Below, in pieces: positions 52,197 through 64,000 of a stretch of DNA of 64,000 bases. The notes beneath the pieces are model-generated. The model was not told the origin of the DNA and searched no databases. It worked only from the letters and a program-made list of their open reading frames with translations. The stretch's first letter is position 1, and each line of letters starts with the position of its first letter. Origin of the DNA: Podarcis gaigeae (lineage: Eukaryota); assembly GCA_964106915.2 (NCBI GenBank), contig OZ066922.1, one strand, 5' to 3'. The translations under genes were made by a program, and so were the position numbers.

Positions 52197-54333
52197 TATT
52201 TATATGCTGTCTGTTATGCAGGCATTTCAAAACTGTGTACAACAATCTCATAAAATACAGTACAAATGGAAAAAAAACTACGTTAACCCAGTAAAACAGA
52301 CCCCACAAAACCCCCAGTAAAACAATGATCAGGCAGACAGTTAAACATATGCTTAAAATCTCCAAACAGCTTGCATCAGTAGCCAGCAAAATATATTATA
52401 AACAAGTAAGATTTCAATCTGCGCTAGAATTGCATTACTGGTGTGCATGCCTCATTTTTAGAGAGAGACCATTGATTGGTGACCCCTGGTGCAGGGGAAA
52501 CAACGTTCACAGCACTTTCCCACTATGGGATGGGTCACTCTACTTTCCCCTGGGGCAGGGTTTATGCAGGATAGTTCCAGAAGGTTTTGCTACTGTGGTA
52601 GGCATAAGAAGAAACATTAATATCTTGCAGCAAATTGCTTTGAGCTTTACAAATATTGTAAATAAATGAAAATTCTGGAAATTCTGAATATTCTGATGAA
52701 TGTCCCTGTCATCCTGGGAAATATTTAGTCTTATTTGCATGACTTCTTTAGTAAGGTTTCTGCTTTCAGCAACTCACTTATTCCTGCCTTGACAGTTCTG
52801 AACCTTATTTAGAGAGTGCATGAAGCCATCAGCCTGGAACTAAAATTCACTAGTTTTCTTAAGACTTTACAGATAGCTTATTAAGATTTTACCAGTCAAT
52901 TTTTATATTAGCAGAGCCAACATAAATAACGAGCTTTCTAATGAAATAATGAGCCTCCTTACCATCATTTATTTAAGCCCTCTCTTACATGTGGATATGA
53001 AAGAATGCATGAATTAACTGTGCTCCTCTTCCTGCGCCCAACAAATGGTTGGTTTGTGGGGAGAAGCAATGATTTTGTTCTCAATTTTTTCCACCAGAAT
53101 AAAAATCCCTCGTAAAGCAGACATCTTTTCACAAGATCAACAATGCTGGTATTCAGCTATTGCCAACGAACCTTTTCCTTTCCTTTTTTTTATTTTAGAG
53201 GAACTAAAGATTACCATTCACTGGGACAGATTCTACCCTGTAACACTAAATAAGGTAGCACTGCTCTGGTCTTTTTTAATTATTAAAGGTCTTTTAAGTT
53301 AAACTGAAAAGACTACACAGGTATTCAGTGAAGATAGCTACAAGATGGAAAGGTACAAAAATCAAAGACTTGCCTGCAGGCACCAAGGGCCCTTGTTACA
53401 GCGGCTCTTTTTTCTCTCACAATTAGAATACTTGCCTGAGCTTGATAAGATTTCAGTGCATTTGGCATTTATTTTTATTTCATATTTATATCCCGTGACG
53501 GGGCGTCACTATTCAAGTGGAATGTGCACGGCTAATTTGCTGACATCCTAACAGGAACACATTGCTTGATGTCCCTTGTGATAAACTGTAATGCATTAGA
53601 ATTCTTCACCTTGTATGAGGTTATAATTGTTACAATGAGAAAGGACATTGCTCATATTGTTATATGAGCAGAGGAGTTTACTCCTCTGGAGCGTGCTCTG
53701 AGGGAGATAGGATTTTTCAAGTGGAGACGGGAGAGAAGTACAGAAGTTAAAGGAACTGGAGAATTTATTTTATTAAAATACAAATGCAGGACTATGACCT
53801 TCAGTGGAGCACTATTCCAGCGTGTAATAAAATAGGCTTATTTTTATGCCACATGCAGCACTTACCTACTAAAGAATATTCAGTATTGTCCTAGTCCTGA
53901 TATAAATATAGGAAACTTCTTTTTTTAAAAAAAAAAAAGGCAAAAGAACTATATAACATTTTTTGCTGCTTCTTAAATCTGGCCAAAAGTTTTTATACTT
54001 TTAAGACTAATATGTGTGGCATGTGCTGCACACCCTCACCAAACTGCAGTTGCCACTGGCACAAGGTATGAAGGACCCACAACCTCAATTTTGTAGGTAC
54101 TACTCTGGAGGGCTTCTACTACAATTTTGATTGTGATCCCCAAACCAGAAACTTCAAAGTGTCCTATACAGAGGCACTTCAGAATTATAGAGTACTGTAG
54201 TAATCTCAGATGTCTACACTTTTTTTAAAAAATGATGTGAAACATTAATACATGGAGTCACTAAGGAGCCTGCCAGATATGAAGGATGAAAGTGTGGTTG
54301 CCAACTGCCAGCAAATTTTACTTACAGGGAGAA

Positions 54334-54362
<29 letters not shown>
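54334..54362. repeat. (TG)n microsatellite
   Basis: Directly visible. Confidence 0.95.
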
Positions 54363-54364
<2 letters not shown>

Positions 54365-54550
54365 AAAAGAGCTGCTATCTATGAAATAAGTAAACTGAGC
54401 TGACTGTCAGCACAAAATGTAGTCTTAACCTGCCATCTGTGAGAATTGCTAGAGGTGATTTTATCTGACCTTTGAAACAAATTGCCCACACAAAATGGAA
54501 CATGCAAATGTATGTAGGAAAAACTAACAATGAAACTATACCTGGCATAA

Positions 54551-54611
54551 TATATAAAAAAAATTTAAAAAATTGTCCAGTAGCACCTTAGAGACCAACT
54601 AAGTTTGTTCT
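54551..54611 (-). mobile_element. Penelope-like element terminal fragment
   Basis: TCCAGTAGCACCTTAGAGACCAACTAAG matches the 23387 copy; flanking TGGCATAA duplication. Confidence 0.7.
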
Positions 54612-54734
54612 TGGCATAAGCAGGCATGTTTGCTGTTATATTATTTTTATGGTCTTCTTAATTTGTTTTGTACTTCACCCAAAGCTTCACTAAAATACTG
54701 ATAAAACCTCAGGCCAGTTTGATATTTTCCATCC

Positions 54735-55430
54735 AAGGTTTCCTGAATGGTGTGGAACCACCCTGTTGGTGCTCTTTGATACTGTATTTCAGTGCCTTTC
54801 AACATCATTTATCATGCTGTCCCTTCTGGATGTGTGTTGGAGGCATTGTATTGCAGTGGTTTTACTCCTACCTGAAGAGCCATTACCAGAAATTAGCACT
54901 AGGGGACTTCTGATCAGCCCTATAGCTTCAAACTGTGGGGTTCCACAGGAGTCCATTTTGTCTCATACTATTCAACATCTATATGAAACAGTTGGATGCT
55001 GCCATTCAGAGATTTGGAGCACAGTGTCATCAGAATGCTGATGACATGCAGCTCTATGTCTTCAGTCGTTTTGAATCAGGAGAGGCTCTGAAGGTATAGA
55101 ACCAGTACCTGGAAAGAATTATGCATTGGATGGGAGTCCATAAACTGAATCTGAATCTGAAAAGACATAATTGCTGTGAGAGGGAAGTTTGCATGGCGGG
55201 GAATTAGATGGATTACCTGTTCTGGCAGCAATTGCAGTCTCCTTAAAGGAATAGTCAGGGAAGCTCTTGAATTCTAACCTATTACTGCAGTTCAAAGTGG
55301 CTTCTGTGGCCAGAAGTTCCTATATACAGCTTAAGCTGGGTTGCCAGGTATAGCTGTTTCTGGGCCAGAGATAATTTGGCCTCAGTTACCCATGCTCTAG
55401 TGACCTTCCATCTGGACTACTACAATGTGC
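54735..55430 (+). mobile_element. L2 LINE RT fragment
   Basis: LQWFYSYL, CGVPQESILS, ADDMQLY, KLNLN and LDYYN motifs, frameshifted. Confidence 0.8.
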
Positions 55431-56023
55431 TCTAGATTTTGTGCAGCTAATTGTGCACAAAATGGGAGCAAAGAAAAAAGTGTTGTCACCACTATAGAAA
55501 TTGTGACAGCCATATTATATGTAATAGTGCCAATTGATATAAACAGCGTTTCCATATGAGTTTGGCTGAGATAACTGCTCAACATAGTCACTAGGTTCTT
55601 CCAAGCTGCCACCTCCTAAATGTCCTGCTTACATCCATATTAGACTTATTGTCTCTGGGCTCTACACCTATGCTGCAGAGACCCTTTCTGTAATTATATA
55701 AATGAACATTTTCCTGCCTAAGGTGAGGGATGAGATTTCCCCCTGCAGTCCATGTACAGAAGCCAAGCAGGCAGTTGAATCTTACTTCAATACTGGCAGT
55801 GGGATTCCACTGCATCCGAGAGCACAGATCACATGCCATACCCAGCTTTCTCCTCCATTAGAAGGGTATAGCTAATGGACTCAGAAAGATGCCCACCACA
55901 ATGTGTCATCTGAGGCAGTCACCTCATTCTGCCTAGTAGTAGGGCCAACATTCAATATGAATAGAAGATTTCTACTATCTAGAATTCATCCAGAATACAA
56001 CAGGAAGTATTAGAGAGAGTGGT

Positions 56024-57147
56024 TAGGGATGGAATAAAGATTTGATTCAATTAATATTTACAGATTAATTTACCTAATTCACACTTTATGAAACAGTGTG
56101 AAACTTGAAGGACAATCATCCTTTAAATTCACACTTCTCCAATTTTTGTGATGTATATCTCAAGCCAAGTAATGTGGACATAAATCCATATGCTAGAGTG
56201 ACCTTGGTATGGATATAGAGAAATCAGCTTTGAAGGCATTAAGTAGGAAACACCTGATCTGATCTATTTCTGCAAAAGTTCAAGAATCCATGCTGATAGT
56301 ACTTCACTGGTACTGAACACTAGGTTGAATAAATGGGGCTTTGCCTATCAAGTGGTGGGGATGTGGTATGATAGGCTCTTATAATCACACATGGTGGTTA
56401 TGTGTGATCATGTCAGCATTTCAGGAAATTTCAGCCACTGTCCTGCAACTTCTACCACAGGACCCACTGTTGGCTTTGCTGTGGATGCTCCAGAAATGTA
56501 TGATACAAGTGTCCCATAAGAATTTAATACTCTTCCATCTGACTGCTGCAAAACTCAAAATAAGCGATCACTGAAGACACACATCTTCATTTACTTTGGA
56601 GGGATGGTGGGGAGAAGGTACAACAATTAGCAGTGCTGGAGAAACTGTCACAGAAAACAGGCTATGCCATGGTTGTGTATGTGACATAAACTGACAAATT
56701 TGCAAAAACCTGGTGGGCCATCATTCTGATTTTAACAAGGAAGTCTGCACCAGGAGGCTACTGGATTTTCACCTTCATTTTTGGACTGACTTTTGTTGTT
56801 GCTTGATGGGATTAGTGTAATCACCTTTGTCATAATAGGGTGATGTTGATAGTGGGTTCTACACATTCTGATAATGATGATTGACTATAGTCCACCAGTT
56901 TGTTTATAGTGTTAAGGTTTATTAATGCTCAAAATTCTACATTAAAATGCATATACTAGGATAAAGTGCATATTAGGGGAAATTGCATTACAACACGAAT
57001 ATTAGGAAGAAATCAGAGTCAAATGCTAATGAATTTTTCTGACTTTTAAAAAAGTGCAAACTGATGTGGAAATGTGGAAAACTGAATTTAAGATTTGAAA
57101 AATTAGAAACTGAGAGAAAATGCAATTGACATATTGGCCCATCCCTA
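56024..57147. mobile_element. hAT (Ac-like TIR) non-autonomous element carrying a nested L1
   Basis: TIR TAGGGATGG/CCATCCCTA; 8-bp TSD AGAGTGGT/AGGGTGGT. Confidence 0.7.
56197..56944 (+). mobile_element. L1 3' fragment nested in the hAT element
   Basis: Decayed zinc-knuckle WWGCGMIGSYNHTWWLC...PQDPLLALL; 15-bp TSD AAAT(C/G)CATAT(G/A)CTAG at 56182 and 56945. Confidence 0.6.
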
Positions 57148-59640
57148 AGGGTGGTCAAGATTTATTCTAAATGACATCTATTAAATCTACTGGGGTTATC
57201 ACTGCTAGGCCCAAAGTAAGGCAGAGATAATAGGAGTGATCTTCTAAGGCAGGGGTAGCCAGTGTGGTTCCATCCATGATCACTGGCCATGCACGTAGTA
57301 TAAAATCATAAGGGCACCATACTGGTTACTCATTCTCTAAGTGACAAAATGCCATCACAGTCATTGTGGTGTTAAGATGTTAGCTAAGTTAAATGTTCCT
57401 TATCTGTCCCTTGAAGTTATACTAAAGTTGTGGCCCACTGTAAAATTTATTTACCTTCTAGTGTTTTCATCCCTCGGTGTGGGGGCAGTTTGGTACTGCA
57501 GAGTGAAACAGCCCATTTGATTAATAAAGAAAAGGCTATTGCATATAACTGAAATGCACTGCAGTTGCCTTGACTGTCACACAATCTCAGTGTAAAACCT
57601 GTTCCTGTCCAAAAAAACAAGTGCTCAACTATGCATAAATGCTGATAACTTTGCACACAAACCTGCGCGCTAGAATCACTCAGTGTGCTCCGAAGGTATG
57701 ATACAGTAAGATACCTTACAATGGAATAATTATAAGAAAGCTGTTGCCTGCATAAATTCCTATTTACTTAGAAGTCAGCAGGCAACCTCCAAAATTCAAA
57801 TGTACACATCCCTGAACACATAATGTGTGGTGAGGGATCAGAATCAAATCAAAGCTCTAAGACTCAGTATCAAGAATAGCTAACATGCTGGTATGCTCTC
57901 TGAGTCTGTTTATCCACCAAAGTTAGGAAGAACACGTGTGAATAATCCAACACCCCCAAGGGAACATAATAGCTTTTGTTGGGGGGGGGGTGGAGTTTTA
58001 CGTGGAATTATATCAGCTGCTGAGAAGGATATTTTTGTTATCATTCTAATGCTTATACAATCTGGCTTTACATATTTTACAGTTGCTTTTCTGCAAAGCA
58101 GCAAATGAATAAAATATACATGATTATTACAAGGAAGGCTTCCTAAATCACCATAGGCCTACAAGAATGTTAAGAGCAAAATGGAATATAGATGTTCAGT
58201 TCTTTTATTTACAGTGCTTTAATTAGAGCATTTCTTGTACTTGGTACAGTAGTATAGCCATTTTTGGTGTAATAGCAGTGGTGAGATCTTAGACTAATAG
58301 ACTCTAGCCACTGCCCAGAATGGGAATACATAATTTATTTCACAAAGGTGGTTGGAGATCTTCTAATTTATGAGGGGGGTGAAGCAAATCCACAAGGGAG
58401 TAACTAATGGATGTCAATAAAGAATAGAAATAAATAATATATCCAGGTTGACCATAAACCAATACAGTATTAGCTTTATACAGTAGTTAAATATGTAAGT
58501 TTCGTTTTAGATATTCTTCTTACCCTAAATCTCTAATGAGCTCCATTCCCCATTTGTTTCCCCATTCAGCCTCATAAAATGTAAAGTATTTGCACCAAAC
58601 ACTCCTTCTATCAGAGTGTTTTGAATATTTGCCTTATTATTTGCCTTATTATTATACTGCAGCTTCTTAAAAGGTTCATAGCTGAAGGAAAGGCCCTGAT
58701 TCTACTTTTCATAAACAGTTTCACGTCTGGGATATAAACTTTAAACCAAGCCATGATGGTAGATGTTATCATGTAGTATCTCTGTGTATGCAAGTATGAA
58801 ATGGTTAAGCTGCCATGACGACCAAATATATGGCTAAAGATGTGAACAGTAGTGGCCTGTGGGGGGTGGGGTGTCACCTCCTGGCACTGGTATTGTTGCA
58901 GCTTACTTGCATAGGGCTTGGGAGAGGCAGTGTAGCTATGAAGTCAGGGCTATGCAGGCATACTGGGGGAGCCAATCTGTGCAGACTTGACCTCATCTCA
59001 TCTCAGCCTCACCCTGCCCCAGTTCTGTTCAGGTAAGCTGCAGTGGTGTTGCTCTTGGAAGGTTAGCTCTGCAACTCTGCCCCACCATTCAAGCCACTAC
59101 TAGATGGGGTAGAAATGAATGGATGATGGAAAGTAAAAGGGAGGACTCTCTCTTCATCTATTAAGTGCCTTGGAAACAACAACTGGAAAACCAGTTTGGA
59201 AGAGATATATTGTGAGCTTCCTGGACACATCTGGTTGGCCACTGTGGGAAACTGGACGTCATGGACCTTTGCTATGATCCAGAGGGATTCTTAGTATGTT
59301 CTTATAGTGGTGGGTGAGCTTGTGAGGGCTTGTCTGAAACACCCACTTGTAATATTTAACAAAAAATATACATTTGCCAAATAGGATATGAGATGGAGAG
59401 ATAGTATTGTATACTATATACTTAGTATCACGAGAACATGTTAATTACCAATACTCTCCTTTAGATGGGAACTTGGCACAGGTAATAGAAGAATTGTGAC
59501 CAAATTCCCATCTAAAAGAGAACATAATTCTGGTAGCCTGACTAGTATGCAGTGCATAAAATTCAAACAGGACACTACAGAACAGAAGTTGCCTCTTCAG
59601 CTTTTGTAGCTGGAGTCAGTCAGGCTATTACGTATAATAG

Positions 59641-60003
59641 GTAAAGGTAAAGGTACCCCTGCCCGTACGGGCCAGTCTTGACAGACTCTGGGGTTGTGCG
59701 CCCATCTCACTTAAGAGGCCAGGGGCCAGCGCTGTCCGGAGACACTTCCGGGTCACGTGGCCAGCGTGACATCGCTGCTCTGGCGAGCCAGAGCCGCACA
59801 CGGAAACGCCGTTTACCTTCCCACTGGTAAGCGGTCCCTATTTATCTACTTGCACTCGGAGGTGCTTTCGAACTGCTAGGTTGGCAGGCGCTGGGACCGA
59901 GCAGCGGGAGCGCACCCCGCCGCAGGGATTCGAACCGCCGACCTTTCGATCGGCAAGTCCTAGGTGCTGAGGCTTTAACCCACAGCGCCACCTGCGTCCC
60001 CAC
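59641..60003 (-). mobile_element. Sauria SINE, young subfamily
   Basis: About 97% identical to the 47613 copy; TSD ATTACGTATAATAG. Confidence 0.93.
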
Positions 60004-63000
60004 ATTACGTATAATAGGGTTCCTTTATTTATCATACAAGGATGTGGCAGCACTTGGTTAGGCACAAAGGCAGAGCTGCAGTGTTTAGATACATTATCTA
60101 TCAGATACTGCCACCCTCCCATCCCCTACTCCAGCTAGAAAGAAACACACAGTAAGCTTAGAAATACAGTTATATTTAGATCCCATGTCAGATACAAAGT
60201 ATTATCATAGAGTTACTATGGAATGCTTCTCATATTGGAATAGTATGTGACTTTCTCTCAATACAAATTCTGTTTGAAAAACTGCAAAACATCTTTTTTT
60301 TGTTATTGTTTACATCCTCCACAAAAATTTGCAAAGCACATTCTTCATACAATATTTATCCAAAGTAAACTTAAACTACTTGAAAACAAATTTCTGAGTG
60401 CAAATGCAACTGTTTTATAAGATGCACTTTGTGCTGCCTTATAGCAGTGATGCTATTTACCGTTATCATAAGAACTGATAGATTTCAATATCAAGCAATT
60501 TATATAGGATGCAACCTTACTAGGCAGGTAACACTACTTGCCCTTGGCTATTATTTAGCCTGACCACAGGGCTTTCTGGAAACAGCAAAAGCTTTATAAG
60601 TGTCAGCTCATGGCTAAATCAATGTTTATGCATGATGTACCTTTGAATAGCAAACACTTGCTGCCTGCAAGCTAAACAATGTTTTTATCTGTTTGCCTAT
60701 TTCTGGCCCTTCAACCACAGCCCAGGGTGTTGCAAATCGCATTTAGTAACAATTATCAGCTGGCATTTCATGAACAGGAAAGTAGTGTGATTAATGAAAA
60801 GTGACACACCAAGATTACTTTGCTCTGCCAGTCTTCTTGGTGAATGGGCAACTCTGCTGAACCAAATCATGACCTTTGTTACCTTCAGTGGGGTCAGTGT
60901 GAATGCTAAGTGTTTAGAAGATTAGCTACTACAAATGTTCCAATATTATTTAATGAAGCTTCTACTAATGAACTGCAGGTAGCCAATTAAATATAATGAT
61001 ACAGTTTTCACCTCTCCAGTAAAGGTTGTGTGAAAAACCAAAACGATTACATTTTATTGTAAAAATGTATTTTAAAAAAGCTACCCTAGACCTCTGCTGC
61101 CATAGGTTTTCACCCACCTTCAAAATCTGCCCAAACTTCTCATACATCATTCTTGACTATCTTAAAAACAACAACTTTGTTTCCAATTCACATTTGATTT
61201 CTTGCTCTGCAGCTGTAGCAGTTTCATACATTTTCATTCTAGATCAATGCCATAGCTTGCAGTTAAAGCAGCTACTGATCTTATTACCCACCATGAAGTT
61301 TTTAAGTAACTTTATTGTACCCGTAGTAGCGACAGATTGCTTGGCACAGAGTTGAGAGAGAATGTGGCATAAAACAAAAGGGAGTACGTGGGCAGAATAG
61401 ACACATCTTATAAAATGAATGATTTCATCTGGAAGTGTTCTGGGAACTCCCCCTCTCCTTCTTGTCCTTAAGAGGCCAGAAGAGTAAGCAAGTGAAACTG
61501 AGAGAGAGAGAGGATTGTAGGCAGTTTTGGCTCATGAAGAGCTTGTATATTGTAGATTTCAATACTAGGTATTATGCAAGCCATGAGCATGCTGTATCAT
61601 ACTGAATCACATATTATTCTATGTGATGTTATAGTCCAGTGGATTTGGTATACAGACAACAGGGTCTGCCAGTGGAGAGAGTAGTGTCTGTATGATATAT
61701 GGTTTATTTACACACATATAAAACCTGAGCATCAGCACCTCATAGCCCCAGCCTCGGATTTCAGGAGAAATCAGCTATGGCTCATTCTCTGCTTTTTCCA
61801 GCCTGCAACCATTTTTTCTCTAGGTCACATCACATACACTTTTTACTTTAAACTCTAGCATTGTATTTCTAACTATTCCCACCCATTTGTCCTCTGGCAC
61901 AAAGCCCCCTCTCCTTGCTTTCTTAATGGTCCATCACATTTTCTTTGTTTTCTTAATGGCTCATCACCCCAGGTGATTGCCCCTTCATGAAACTAGCCTG
62001 GCCTATATTTTAACACTTGCTGATTCGAGGAGTTCAGGGTCTGGCACCCAGTTTAACACTCCAAGCCTTGATTGAATTCTAACACTTACTGGATCTAGGA
62101 ATTATAGGTGTCTGGAACCCCCAAACTCATAACAGGCATGTTTCTGCTCAGACTTTGAGCCTGAATGGGTTGGATCAGTATACTCTACAGTACATAAGTC
62201 AGGTTAAAAAGCATTTGGGTTAACAGTTGTTGCACTGGACAGGTGTCAGCTAATATATTGTCCAAAAACATGACACACATATACACACAAAGGTTTTGCT
62301 TTTGAAGAGCAGGGTATGCCCAGTCATTTGTGTGGTTGGCATCCTGAGCTACAGGACTAGGCAAGCAAGTGGGCAATCCTCTGACTGGGTTGGGTTTCCT
62401 TAATCTGTTCATGCTGGCACAATCATCTCTGCATCCTTGGTGATGATGGCTTAGTTGATAGGGTTAGCATTCTGCCCCTTGACAATCTAATCAGCCCTTA
62501 TTAAATAACTGGATTGGTGCCTTCTACCCTGCTAGGCCCCTCTCCAGAATCCAATTCCTTTATTCCACATTCTCTTCTCATTCCTTCTCCCACTCTGTCC
62601 CACCAATACATCTCTGCAGGGTTCGTAACAATGAGGAGAAAGAGAAAGGGTGGGTTGGGAGGGCCTGAGTGGAATTCCAGCTAAACCAAAGCCCAGTAGG
62701 AAGAAGGTGCTGATGAGGCTGGTAAGTCACAGGGTAAGGCCTTAAACTATACCTAACTGATGTCCCAACAAGGAACTGCTGGATTGTATATGGGCAGCGG
62801 GGGTAGAGTGTGATGTAATTCCATCTCCCTAATAAATGACTGAATAGAAAAATCTAATGGTTAAAGCTATTTGTGTGAAGGAAGAGAAGTGCCAGGGGCA
62901 CAGACACAGGGCTTTTGATGTACTCCTGACCATGGAACTCCAACAACAAGTATTAGCATCTGTTGCATTATATGGAAATGGTTGTATCTAACATATCACT

Positions 63001-63220
63001 ATCAGCTTTCTGTTTGTGCAACAGGATATCCCCTTCCTCTCCTTCCCCCTTCCGTCTCCATGTACCCCAACCCTCCGGATAAGATCTCTGAGGCTGTATG
63101 GGGCACTACAGGGGAAGGAGAGGAAGGAGATGTCCTGCTGTAGAAGCTGTTCTACTCATGTAACCACAACATTGGATACAACCTGAAGATTTTATTTCAG
63201 ACAGTGTCAGTACCTTAACA

Positions 63221-63363
63221 CATAGAATCGTAGTATCGTAGAGTTGGAATGGCCCACAAGGGTCATCTAGTCCCTTGCAATACAGGAATCTTCTGCTCAG
63301 TGTGGGGCTTGAACCCACAATCCTGAGATTAAGAGTCTCATGCTCTACTGACTGAGCTATCCC
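63221..63363 (-). mobile_element. tRNA-Lys(CTT)-derived SINE with CR1-like tail, full length
   Basis: Minus strand GGGATAGCTCAGTCAGTAGAGCATGAGACTCTTAATCTCAGG...GGTTCAAGCCCC followed by CR1 3' end ...TTCCAACTCTACGAT...ATTCTATG. Confidence 0.88.
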
Positions 63364-63680
63364 TTGCAAACTGTTCTCAAATATGGAAACAGTTAAATTA
63401 GCACCACCATGCAACCATATTGACTTTATCTCTCAGGTGAAAATCACTGGTTAGTGATATTTTCTGATAGCATCTCATTAGAATAAATTAGAACATATGA
63501 ATAATTTAGGGAGGAAATATATTCATTCATAAAAACTGCAACTATTCCCCATTGTTCACAACAATTTAATACTGCATACTGTTACAGGGCAAAACACATA
63601 GCTGGATTGGTAATAAAAATCAACTGTGTATGGAAAACACTTATTCAACAATTACTCCTTTTTGAATATGCTTACTGTGG

Positions 63681-63704
63681 ATATATATATATATATATAT
63701 ATAT
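63681..63704. repeat. (TA)n microsatellite
   Basis: Directly visible. Confidence 0.95.
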
Positions 63705-64000
63705 AGCCGTGATTATAAATATGATCACTTACTTCTAAATGCTATCTTGCAATTTACACATAATGGTTCCAAGGGAACCTGTACAGCACAGTAAATCATA
63801 AAATTCATTTTGTTTTGCATCAGGTCATTTATCCATTCTACAACTAATCACCCCATTCCAAAATTCAATAAACCTAAATACTTGGATTTATGATGCTTTG
63901 TCACAATTGAAAAGGGAATATCAACAATGTGCAATTAGAAGGCTATTGCAACTTAAAGACAAGCACCTAGTTGAAAACAATTAAAAAGACTCTGCAGCAA

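Noticed and set aside
63290-63363. tRNA-Lys(CTT) gene
   Set aside because: Acceptor stem imperfect and fused to a CR1-like tail; it is a SINE head
1-64000. Remaining short ORF-track entries; CRISPR or prokaryotic systems; naming the host gene
   Set aside because: ORFs are random or repeat-derived, the sequence is vertebrate, and no recognisable host exon was found

Overview
64 kb of AT-rich, CpG-depleted vertebrate non-coding DNA. The repeat complement (Sauria SINEs, BovB, tRNA-Lys/CR1-tail SINE, Squam3-like SINEs, lizard-type L1/L2/CR1, Penelope, TA- and 8-bp-TSD MITEs) indicates a squamate, probably a lacertid lizard (inference). No intact host protein-coding gene could be identified. The window looks like a large intron or gene desert with several repeat-free, TF-motif-rich blocks and a few candidate minus-strand exons. 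Most notable: (1) a compound insertion at 37.9-41.2 kb, where a young 2.1-kb HAL1-like element with an intact 201-aa orphan ORF and an internally deleted EEF1G processed pseudogene sit in tandem between three copies of the same target-site duplication; (2) a solo LTR whose U3 holds a 138-codon acidic/SP/basic reading frame starting at the LTR edge; (3) a Penelope fragment with a minimal hammerhead ribozyme, and a second copy ending at the predicted cleavage site; (4) a 159-nt candidate poison exon, a candidate terminal exon and a pre-miRNA-like hairpin, all on the minus strand. Family names come from recognising motifs by eye, not from database searches.
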